From positions 32,001 to 96,000 of IMG/VR virus record IMGVR_UViG_3300031576_000004: a stretch of DNA of 64,000 nucleotides, one strand, 5' to 3'. The DNA is from a virus. Shown one piece after another: positions 53,784 through 61,811 of this stretch. The translations under genes and the position numbers were made by a program. How positions within the stretch are numbered: position 1 is the first letter of the stretch; each line of letters begins with the position of its first letter. Below the pieces are notes generated by a model. It was not told the DNA's origin. It saw only the letters and a list, made by a program, of their open reading frames with translations, and did no database searches.

Positions 53784-54113
53784 ATGCCGCCAAAGTTGCT
53801 CACTGCGAACAGAAAAAAGTATGACGCCACTTACGCTGTTAAAACAAAAAAGACAAGGCATGAGTTCTTTTTAAAAGTCGGTTCTTATTGTCTTTTCTGC
53901 AGAAAGCGAAAACATCTGAAATGTCATCGTACTGATTGGATCCGACACGTTCCTTTTGAGAATATGTCGCGTGTAAAGCTTGCGGCAGAAAATCCAAAAG
54001 AATACGCGAGAGTTTGTTTCGGCTGCCATTATGGGGTTCATTGGCTACATGACCGTTTTGGACTTACTTGGCCTGAGATTCTCGCGCTTAAAGCTAGAAA
54101 ACGGAAGGTTTGA
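53784..54113 (+). CDS. HNH-like protein within the tRNA array
   Basis: CLFC..HLKCH...VCFGCH; AGGAGG RBS; 3' end overlaps tRNA-Ser. Confidence 0.55.
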   Translation: MPPKLLTANRKKYDATYAVKTKKTRHEFFLKVGSYCLFCRKRKHLKCHRTDWIRHVPFENMSRVKLAAENPKEYARVCFGCHYGVHWLHDRFGLTWPEILALKARKRKV

Positions 54114-54193
54114 GCATTGGCAAGCTCACCCGCCTTGAAAGCGGACAGTCGGTGAAAGCCGGCTTGCGAGTCCGACTCTCGCACCTTCCTCCA
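54103..54193 (+). tRNA. tRNA-Ser(TGA)
   Basis: Long V-arm; CCA. Confidence 0.88.
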
Positions 54194-54202
54194 ATTATGC
54201 AT

Positions 54203-54287
54203 GGAGAGCAAACTAACCGGTGGTTAGCCTAGTCCCGAAAACTAGTGGGCGCATTGCGCTGGGGTGCGAGTCCTCTACTCTCCGCCA
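54203..54287 (+). tRNA. tRNA-Ser(CGA)
   Basis: Long V-arm; C33; G73; CCA. Confidence 0.8.
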
Positions 54288-54294
54288 TTAAAAT

Positions 54295-54407
54295 AGCCCT
54301 GTGCGTTCTGTGCGCGACAGAAAGAGCCGTTGAGCTCCCAGAGGGGTATCTCTAGTTGAGCCGCGGTGAAACGAACGGGTGATCCAATTCACTCACAGGG
54401 CTTTCCA
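54295..54407 (+). ncRNA. tRNA-like RNA (about 113 nt)
   Basis: AGCCCTGTG/CACAGGGCT stem; T-arm-like GGTGA-TCCAAT-TCACT; ends in TCCA. Confidence 0.5.
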
Positions 54408-54408
54408 T

Positions 54409-54496
54409 GGATAGGATTGAGAGCGGCTACTCTACCCAAGTTGGAAGCTTGGCAGGTGTAAAAGCCTTGTGGGTTCGACGCCCACCCTATCCGCCA
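54409..54496 (+). tRNA. tRNA-Ser(GGA)
   Basis: Long V-arm; G73; CCA. Confidence 0.85.
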
Positions 54497-54503
54497 AAAC
54501 TAT

Positions 54504-54591
54504 GGAGTGAATTGCAAGCGGCTATGCTAACCGGTTTGCTAAACCGACACGGGTAACACCGTTGAGCGTTCGACTCGCTCTCACTCCGCCA
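54504..54591 (+). tRNA. tRNA-Ser(GCT)
   Basis: Long V-arm; G73; CCA. Confidence 0.85.
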
Positions 54592-54593
54592 AT

Positions 54594-54667
54594 GGCTAGG
54601 TAGTTCAATAGTAGAACGTGGGTTTCATAAGCCCAAGACGATGGAGCGTAACCATCCCTAGCTACCA
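54594..54667 (+). tRNA. tRNA-Met(CAT), elongator (lysidine Ile2 not excluded)
   Basis: Cloverleaf; T-loop AGCGTAA; CCA. Confidence 0.85.
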
Positions 54668-54668
54668 A

Positions 54669-54753
54669 CCGCTCGTGGGGGAATAGCAGTCCCATCCGGC
54701 TCAGAACCGGACGGTTAACAGCCATGCAGGTGCAACTCCTGCCGAGCGGACCA
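54669..54753 (+). tRNA. tRNA-Leu(CAG)
   Basis: Long V-arm; A73; CCA. Confidence 0.87.
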
Positions 54754-54760
54754 AACTAAT

Positions 54761-54842
54761 CCCGAGGTGGTGGAACAGCAGACACAGCAGCCTCAAAAAC
54801 TGCCGCGAAAGCGTGAGAGTGCAATTCTCTCCCTCGGGACCA
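54761..54842 (+). tRNA. tRNA-Leu(CAA)
   Basis: Long V-arm; A73; CCA. Confidence 0.87.
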
Positions 54843-54845
54843 TTC

Positions 54846-54931
54846 GCGGATGTGGCGTAACGGCAGCCGCACCAGCTTGAGGTGCTGGCGCTCGAAAGGG
54901 CGTGCAGGTTCGACTCCTGTCATCCGCACCA
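54846..54931 (+). tRNA. tRNA-Leu(GAG)
   Basis: Long V-arm; A73; CCA. Confidence 0.92.
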
Positions 54932-54937
54932 ATCTTT

Positions 54938-55011
54938 GTCCCTGTAGGCTAATAGAAGACCACAGCGCTACGAACGCTGAAATCCTCGTGCAAATCGAGG
55001 CAGGGATACCA
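54938..55011 (+). tRNA. tRNA-Arg(ACG)
   Basis: Cloverleaf; CCA. Confidence 0.87.
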
Positions 55012-55020
55012 ATAAATAAT

Positions 55021-55105
55021 GGGGGAGTGGCGGAACTGGCAGACGCGCTAGCCTTAGGAGCTAGTGGGTAATACCGTGCAGGTTCAAATCCTGTCTCCCT
55101 CACCA
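55021..55105 (+). tRNA. tRNA-Leu(TAG)
   Basis: Canonical; long V-arm; CCA. Confidence 0.93.
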
Positions 55106-55106
55106 T

Positions 55107-55177
55107 GCCCCGCGTGCCGAGCACATCCAGCTCTTCTAAAGCAGGATCGCCAGGATTAACACCTGGGCGGGGTACCA
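55107..55177 (+). tRNA. tRNA-Arg(TCT), truncated D-arm and extended anticodon stem
   Basis: GCCCCGC/GCGGGGT acceptor; loop CT-TCT-AA; CCA; 71 nt. Confidence 0.7.
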
Positions 55178-55186
55178 ACTTTAAAT

Positions 55187-55261
55187 GCCCGATTCTTCCA
55201 GCAGATAGGATACCGCTCTCCGAAAGCGGCGACCCGTGTGCAAGTCACGGATCGGGCACCA
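55187..55261 (+). tRNA. tRNA-Arg(CCG)
   Basis: Cloverleaf; CCA. Confidence 0.87.
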
Positions 55262-55263
55262 AT

Positions 55264-55338
55264 GGGCCTGTGGTGTAACGGATAGCATGCTCCTTTCCTA
55301 AAGGAACGGCGAAGGTTCAATTCCTTCCAGGCCTACCA
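55264..55338 (+). tRNA. tRNA-Arg(CCT)
   Basis: Cloverleaf; CCA. Confidence 0.9.
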
Positions 55339-55344
55339 TTCTGT

Positions 55345-55421
55345 GCGGGGGTGATGTAATTGGCAAACATCTGCGACTTAAAATCGCGGTTCTACGGGTT
55401 CAAATCCCGTCCCCCGTACCA
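55345..55421 (+). tRNA. tRNA-Leu(TAA) with a short variable loop
   Basis: Loop CT-TAA-AA; 5-nt variable loop; CCA. Confidence 0.85.
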
Positions 55422-55488
55422 CACAACATCATTGCGTCTCGCAAACAAAGTATTGACATGTTAGTTGACTGGAAGCATTATTAACATC

Positions 55489-55974
55489 ATGGAATACAAT
55501 AAACAAACAAAAACATGTCCGCACTGCAAAAGAACTCTCCCTGTGAAGGCTTTTCCGCCTAGACATGTCGGAGAAAATTATCCAGGATCATATTGCTATG
55601 AGTGCAATCGGAAAAGAGGGAAAAAGTACTACAAAAAGAATAAAAAGATATGGGTCGAATGGGCAAAAAATAATAAAGATAAGGTGGCTGAGAGCAACAG
55701 AAGAACTTGGGATAAGTTAAGAAATGGACTGTTTGACGCTTATGGTGGCAGATGTACATGCTGCAAAGAAAGTCATAGAGAATTTTTAAACTTAGAACAT
55801 ATCAAGAAAGACGGACAAAAAGAGCGAAAGCTGCTCAGAAACAATAGGACTGTTTACAGGAAAGTGCGTGATGCTGGATATCCAAAAGACCGCTATACAA
55901 TTCTATGCTGGAACTGTAATGTTGTAGAACGACATGGGAAAACGTGTCCACATAAATTAGAAAAGAGGAATTAA
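55489..55974 (+). CDS. HNH-like endonuclease
   Basis: CPHC..CYEC Zn finger; YGGRCTCC...LNLEHI...LCWNCN; TTGACA-17-CATTAT at 55453-55481. Confidence 0.75.
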   Translation: MEYNKQTKTCPHCKRTLPVKAFPPRHVGENYPGSYCYECNRKRGKKYYKKNKKIWVEWAKNNKDKVAESNRRTWDKLRNGLFDAYGGRCTCCKESHREFLNLEHIKKDGQKERKLLRNNRTVYRKVRDAGYPKDRYTILCWNCNVVERHGKTCPHKLEKRN

Positions 55975-55975
55975 A

Positions 55976-56575
55976 ATGACTTGTATGGTTCTCGATAGCC
56001 CAGTCTTGGAATTGAACAAAAGTTGGATGCCGTTAAATATTATTGACGCGCGTCGGGCTTTTTCCATGATGATGGCTGGACTGGCGAGAGCCGTCGAGCC
56101 TGAAACGTATCAGCTTCACACATTCGATACCTGGGCTGATCTATTAGCTATGGATGACGAACCTGTTATTCACACCGTCAGCCTGGCTCTTAAGATCCCA
56201 GAGATCATCGTGCTGAACAAGTATGACGCCATGCCAATGAAGAAGACCATCTTCAGCCGGCGCAACGTCTACAAGCGGGATAAGAACACCTGTCAGTATT
56301 GTGGATCTCAGCCTGGGACAGAGGAAATAACCATCGACCACGTTATTCCAAAGTCTAAGGGTGGGCAGTCTTCTTGGACTAACTGCGTGTGTGCTTGCGT
56401 ACCTTGCAACGCCAAGAAGGCTGCCAAGACGCTGGTCCAGGCAAAGATGAGGCTAAAGCATCTACCTATTGAGCCTAAGTGGACGCCTGGGATGGCAATA
56501 GCTAGATTCAACATGAAGTCATCCTGGAGCAAGTTCATTAGCGACGCCTACTGGAATGTGGAGCTTCAGGGCTAA
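55976..56575 (+). CDS. HNH endonuclease (McrA-like)
   Basis: VLELN...RRNVYKRDKNTCQYCG...TIDHVIPKSKGG.SSWTNCVCAC.PCN..K. Confidence 0.9.
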   Translation: MTCMVLDSPVLELNKSWMPLNIIDARRAFSMMMAGLARAVEPETYQLHTFDTWADLLAMDDEPVIHTVSLALKIPEIIVLNKYDAMPMKKTIFSRRNVYKRDKNTCQYCGSQPGTEEITIDHVIPKSKGGQSSWTNCVCACVPCNAKKAAKTLVQAKMRLKHLPIEPKWTPGMAIARFNMKSSWSKFISDAYWNVELQG

Positions 56576-56619
56576 ATTCTGGTATAAGAACATAGCAGCC
56601 TAAAGTTCGTCTTTGAAAT

Positions 56620-57095
56620 CCTGAGATCTAGACGAATTCCTAATAACAGTAACCCGCTAAATGCGGTGATCTGTAGATCCTGTCCGAGTGGGATAAAGAC
56701 CTACTCGGGCGGTTGTTTTAATCCCGAAAGGGATAAGAGGTGGGGTGCACAGATGTCTTTCGGTGTACAGGTTTATAGTGGAGCAGGTGAGTTACCATTG
56801 GTGACCCGATCTGTGATGAAGCTATAAATCCGAGGCCCAGCTCTGTGCAAATCCATGGTAAACCATGGGGTCTGTGGGGAAACCCTATGACTGCCTCATC
56901 TCGGGCCTAATAATAGAGAGCTTTGGATGATTCTCACCGCGACATGCGGGAGAGAATCCTTGCTGTGATAAACGTGTCAGCGATCTAACCACAGCAATTT
57001 GCTTGGCCTGACATCCAAGTAGATAATGCAGGCGGGTGCCCACGACAGTCCTTAACTCTAGCTAGGTGGGAGATGCCTGGTCCATGGCTCTTTTT
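56620..57095 (+). ncRNA. Candidate large structured ncRNA (about 470 nt)
   Basis: No ORF of 60 aa or more; many hairpins, some with GAAA loops; follows a GGTATAAG motif and a boxA-like site. Confidence 0.55.
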
Positions 57096-57104
57096 CTAAA
57101 CTCT

Positions 57105-57495
57105 GGGGGTGAATAGATTCGACTGATTACGTACGGACTAAAGGTGCGTCTCGCGGAAGTCTGCTCGGCCGCGTTAAAAAAGCAGGCACACATTACATGC
57201 TAACAGCAATGTAATCAACGGCAGCTTCGGCTCACGGGCCGGAGTGGTCGCTATGGCTGCTTAGGCAACCATGGAAATCGAAGCGCAAAGTCTGTAGCGC
57301 CGAGAGGATAAACGCAGGCTGGACCCAGGAACTGGATCGCACTGGGTTGAGATAAGATCCTAGCTGACGGGGTTAGATGATGGCAAAACAGGTGACCCGA
57401 AGGCGAAATCTAACCGCATCTGATCCATTAATAGACGTAGCAACCTTTAGCTGAATGTTTTCAGGACGCGGGTGCGAATCCCGCCACCTCCACCA
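57105..57495 (+). ncRNA. ssrA: tmRNA; tag (A)ANSNVINGSFGSRAGVVAMAA*
   Basis: GGGGGTG...GATTCGAC 5' end; GCGGGTGCGAATCCCGC T-arm; CACCTCCACCA 3' end; G3-U; tag ORF 57199-57264. Confidence 0.92.
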
Positions 57496-57502
57496 TCTTA
57501 AT

Positions 57503-57670
57503 CTCGCTGGGTGACAAGTAGCGACTCCTGGCAATAAACGGGTAAGATATTAATGGTTATAACCACACTACAATCAAGACAGATCGAAGGACGTGTGGTT
57601 CCTTCTGGACTATTAATATATGCCCGCCATTAATGCCAGAACACGGGTTGTAAAAAACCAGTCGGCAGTT
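57503..57670 (+). ncRNA. Rod-shaped ncRNA candidate (6S-like)
   Basis: Nested complementary blocks separated by internal loops. Confidence 0.4.
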
Positions 57671-58239
57671 CTGGCTTGTCACCCTGCTGTTCCTTTGATC
57701 TTTCTTTTGTCGCGCAACCACGCACACGAAAGGAGAATCATATGCTCATTCAGATCGACACGGCGGTTCTGAATAAGATCCCTCGCGGAAGAATCCTTCG
57801 TGCGGAAGAGACCCGCGATATGGATGGTAAATTGAGAGACGCTATCGTTGTCGGTTGGTGGGACGGACATGATCCGCAGATCAGGAAGTCTTTCTTTGAT
57901 ATCAAGACCGCGGAATATCTCGGGGAGACTTTCTGATATAATATTATAAGCCTCGCCTGCCATGTGTAGGTGGAGATCTTAGGCCGTCACCCTCATCAGG
58001 TGGCGGCCTTTGCATTTAACAACACAAGAGGGGAACACATGCCACAAACAGCAGAAGACGTAGCGCGAGCCTGCTGCACCCATTGCAGCTCTCAAGTATT
58101 TATGGATGGTCCACACCCATGCTCTCGCTGCATCGCGAATGCCAGGATAATCAAGCATTACGCGTTAATTCAATGGCGAGAGGGATGGGTAGCAAAAGGA
58201 CTTGGGAAAGAGATCAAGGACAATCCGAACTATTAGTTC

Positions 58240-58278
58240 AAAGAGTCACACAGATTAACTCTGCGTGGCTCTTTTTTT
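58240..58278. terminator. Terminator between convergent genes
   Basis: AAGAGTCAC-A-CAGA/TCTG-C-GTGGCTCTT stem plus a T-run. Confidence 0.65.
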
Positions 58279-58758
58279 AGCTATCGAGGCATTGCGCCAA
58301 TCATGAAGTTGCCAGTCTCGTCTGATTCGTAGGTCAGCTTCATGCCCTCGAGCTTTTCTTTTAGCTTGTGATATCCACAACTGCACTTCCCGTTCTTGCG
58401 GCGCATCATGTTGCAGCCAGCCTTGTGGTAGGCGAACGAGTAAGCCTCTCTTACGAGTTGGGGGTAATCCACAGGGGCGTCGCCTTTCATGTCCGTGTGC
58501 GGATTCATCAAGATATCCTCCAGGGCGTTAATGGTGCTGGATCCCATATACATGCAGAATGCGCAGGCCATAGGTAGCCCAGGTCTGTCAGAAGGGGCTG
58601 GATTGAAGTCGTCGCAGTGGCCCTCGATATGCACAGAGTGAAGATGCCTCATACACATGTGCGCCACTATTTATCCCCCTGATCCTTGTCCATCCCACTC
58701 TGAACCCATATCAGAAGAAGTATCGCAACAACCCATGCAAATAATAGTGGCTTCCACA

Positions 58759-59607
58759 CTACGGTGGTGGAGCAGCCTCGAAATCTATATCGAAGTCTTC
58801 CGCCCTATACTCAAAGTTATATTGTCTTGCCAAAGCTATACTTAGGCCAAGAGCGAATCCAGCTGTGAGGTTTGCTACAGACATGGCGGCAAGAATAGCC
58901 GTCGTTCCCCACATTGGATCCGTAATGATGGTGTTGTAAACGGTGAACCTTGTCTGGTGGCGAGCTATGTCGGTCGATGTCGGGACATCATTAAAGTTAA
59001 CTGATGGGGCGAAAGAGTAAGCTATTGGACCCCCGCCAGGAACGCTATATGAGTCACCGGCAAGAATCCCACCAATAGAAACAGCAAGCGTTATCGTTGT
59101 AGCTGTATTAGATGATATTAGGAACGTGTTGCCTGTTTCCGCTCCGCTGGTCATAAGGAGCAAACGCCCCGCCAATCCATTAGGAGAGGGGAACGAGGCG
59201 AAGGTGTCTTCCAGGTCGAACGGAGGCGTTGCAAGCGTAATGGACCCCGTTCCTACCTCATTGATCTGCCAATCTGTGGGGTCTATGCCAGCAAATGGGA
59301 AGGCTGGCCTGTACCAGATGGCGTGAGGGGCGTTTCCAGGGAAGTCTGTGTCGAGTTGAGCGTTCTTCGCCGTCAATAAATCAGTTATATTTGTGACTGC
59401 ATCGATCCTGAATTTGATGTAAGTGTTTTCCTCGTTTGTGATTCTGTCGATTTGGACCTGAATTTGTGCAGTTGGGATGGGTCCGGCATTCAGGGCTGTC
59501 AGCTCTGCCACGGCCCTATCTAGGCCTGCTGCCTCCTGAACCTTGTCGCGTACAGTCTCTGTTACGAATGTGTGCTCAGACCCAAGAAGCAGCTGGGTAA
59601 ACGGCAT
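58759..59607 (-). CDS. Putative virion/tail protein
   Basis: Thr/Ala/Gly-rich beta segment GRLLLMTSGAETGNTFLISSNTATTITL. Confidence 0.45.
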   Translation of the reverse strand: MPFTQLLLGSEHTFVTETVRDKVQEAAGLDRAVAELTALNAGPIPTAQIQVQIDRITNEENTYIKFRIDAVTNITDLLTAKNAQLDTDFPGNAPHAIWYRPAFPFAGIDPTDWQINEVGTGSITLATPPFDLEDTFASFPSPNGLAGRLLLMTSGAETGNTFLISSNTATTITLAVSIGGILAGDSYSVPGGGPIAYSFAPSVNFNDVPTSTDIARHQTRFTVYNTIITDPMWGTTAILAAMSVANLTAGFALGLSIALARQYNFEYRAEDFDIDFEAAPPP

Positions 59608-60064
59608 GCTCTTATTCTACTTACTTCTCTTACCTAGTCAAGCTAGATTCTTGGCGTGTCAGGATTCTCGCCCTTTGGCTCTGGTTTTGACGGGTCATTC
59701 AGCTTCGTTTTTAGCTTTGATCTTGCGCGTTGTTTCCGCGCCTCAAGGGCGTCGTAGTCAGGAGACCTTGGATCTTCGTCCAGGTATACGCTTGCGAGCT
59801 TCTCGAATAGGGTCTTGTGGCCAGCGCCCCACATGCAGCACCTACTTCTTTGTTAACAAGTGCTTGGCGTAAGGATAGGCCAATGTCCCAAGGCCAGCAA
59901 TGTCCATTGCGCGCATCCACTTGCCATGTTTCTTTTCTGCCTTAGGGTTAGTAATTGATAAGGCGGCGGGAGCGGCAATAAGACCAAGACCAATGAGCTC
60001 TCTAATGGCTTCAGGATTGCCTCCAGCAAGCTTGGAGAATTCATCCATGAACCCATCCATCTTC

Positions 60065-61801
60065 TTACTCATTAGTTCCCCTCAGCATCTTTAGGGCATT
60101 GCTGACCTTAACCAGGGCTTCCATCGCGGTCTTGATTGGCTTCTCTTCGATCTTGGCTCCGATCCTTGAGGCAATCAAAAGATCTGCCAGATGAGAGGCG
60201 GCCTTCTCATACTGAGGAATGTGGCTGACATAATCAGCAACGTTCTCTTCGTTAATAAAGTTAAGACTTAGCACTGTATCAACTACGCCCTGGTCAGGAA
60301 GTTCTGCGGCGCACTTAATAAGTTCGCCACAGTCAAACCGAAGCGAGCCTAAAGTGGTCTGTATCTTGTGGTTAGCTACTTTAACAGGCTCCTCAAGGAT
60401 GACATCGTTAACGACGACTTTCCCATTCTTCATAGCGCGGAACATGGCTTCCTTGATGGCAGGCTCAGTGTAGCGCTCGCGCAGGAAGTTGAGAGCTTCC
60501 TTCCTTGTGACTCCCTCGCGAAGGCTGGAAACCTTAACGCTCTCTCCGCTGAACGAGAATGAGTGCCCGTCGCACTTGATCTCAAGGTTGCGCCCGCCAA
60601 CCTTCCGGATGCCATCCAGCATCGCAATATTGAATGGGTTATCCTCAAGCTTTGTTACGTTCTTCAGGGTCGCGATCTTCATCGCGGTCGGGACATATGT
60701 GATCCCTTCCTGACTGAAGATGTTCTTAACCTTATCACTCTGAACAATCTTGAAGCTGTGGCCGAATGTGTCCTGGACACCCCACTCGCGCACGCCATCA
60801 TTGGCTGTTTTTGCCATGACCTTTACTGGAGTCGTAGCCACGGAAGTCGTGCCGCGCTCAGTGAAGAAGAACATGGTGTCGCCTAGCTTCGGATCTTCGC
60901 TCGGAAGATTGTGAGCAATCCCAGCCTTGAAGCCGGCGAGCTTCTCCTGGATGGCGCAGCGATCACCCTTGAAGATCACTTGGTCCTGGCGGTTCAGGCT
61001 GTAGTCATAAACATTAGGGAATACAACCCCCTCAACACGTTCGCCATTCGGCCTGACTGCAGCATATTTCGCAAAGGTATCAGCCATGACGGGCACTTCA
61101 GATTCCATAATAGAAATGTCATGCCTTACGCGTGGTGTTACCCGCAGTGCTGCGGCAGTCTTCTTTAGGCCAGAGCGCTTCTTAGCGTGGGTGAAGGCCT
61201 CCTTGATGACGCCAATTGTTCCATTAACAGCCATGGCAGCCGTGGACGACTTATCCTCAGCAAACTTCTCAAGCATGAACTTTACCTGGTCCTCGTGTAG
61301 GTCTACGGCCTGCAGGATGGACCCGTATGTCCGACCCTCGATGTGGATCTCCTTCTGCGCGCCATTAACATTGGCATAGGTATATTTGCCATCGTAAGGT
61401 GGCATGGTCCTGTTGTAGATCAGGGAGTCAACGTAGGCGTCCTGCTTCTGGTTCTGTGGCTTGCCCACGTCTGTCTTCATTAGAACCGTCTCTAGGGTAT
61501 CCTTGGTCAGAGGATATGCCGAGCCTGCTTTCAGGAAGACGTCCAGCGGAGACATCTCGCCCTTCTTGATAATCAAAGGTACATTAACATCGACGCCAAG
61601 CTTGATGTACCCGTAGGCATATCCCTTCTTGGCGTCGGCCTTCTTGATAATTACCTCAACATCCTTGTTGGCCATATAAGGGTGCTCTTCATTGAGGATC
61701 TGAATGATCTCGGCATCCCACTGCTCTGGCGTTCCAGAGAGCTGGTGGTTAGCTACCTTCTGAAAAGAGTTCTTCTCAATGAATAGATTTTCGAGATCCA
61801 T
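60065..61801 (-). CDS. Large hypothetical protein, probably virion (many KxA motifs)
   Basis: 578-aa ORF with AGGAGG RBS in the late-strand cluster. Confidence 0.6.
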   Translation of the reverse strand: MDLENLFIEKNSFQKVANHQLSGTPEQWDAEIIQILNEEHPYMANKDVEVIIKKADAKKGYAYGYIKLGVDVNVPLIIKKGEMSPLDVFLKAGSAYPLTKDTLETVLMKTDVGKPQNQKQDAYVDSLIYNRTMPPYDGKYTYANVNGAQKEIHIEGRTYGSILQAVDLHEDQVKFMLEKFAEDKSSTAAMAVNGTIGVIKEAFTHAKKRSGLKKTAAALRVTPRVRHDISIMESEVPVMADTFAKYAAVRPNGERVEGVVFPNVYDYSLNRQDQVIFKGDRCAIQEKLAGFKAGIAHNLPSEDPKLGDTMFFFTERGTTSVATTPVKVMAKTANDGVREWGVQDTFGHSFKIVQSDKVKNIFSQEGITYVPTAMKIATLKNVTKLEDNPFNIAMLDGIRKVGGRNLEIKCDGHSFSFSGESVKVSSLREGVTRKEALNFLRERYTEPAIKEAMFRAMKNGKVVVNDVILEEPVKVANHKIQTTLGSLRFDCGELIKCAAELPDQGVVDTVLSLNFINEENVADYVSHIPQYEKAASHLADLLIASRIGAKIEEKPIKTAMEALVKVSNALKMLRGTNE

Positions 61802-61811
61802 CGAATCCTCC

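Noticed and set aside
50850-55180. ORFs overlapping tRNAs (for example 51173-51457, 52659-52895, 52932-53267, 54756-55178)
   Set aside because: Shadow translations of tRNA genes.
57503-57670. RNase P RNA
   Set aside because: CAGAACACGGGTT resembles the 3' P4 strand, but there is no complementary GAGGAAAGTCC-type 5' strand and the region is too short.
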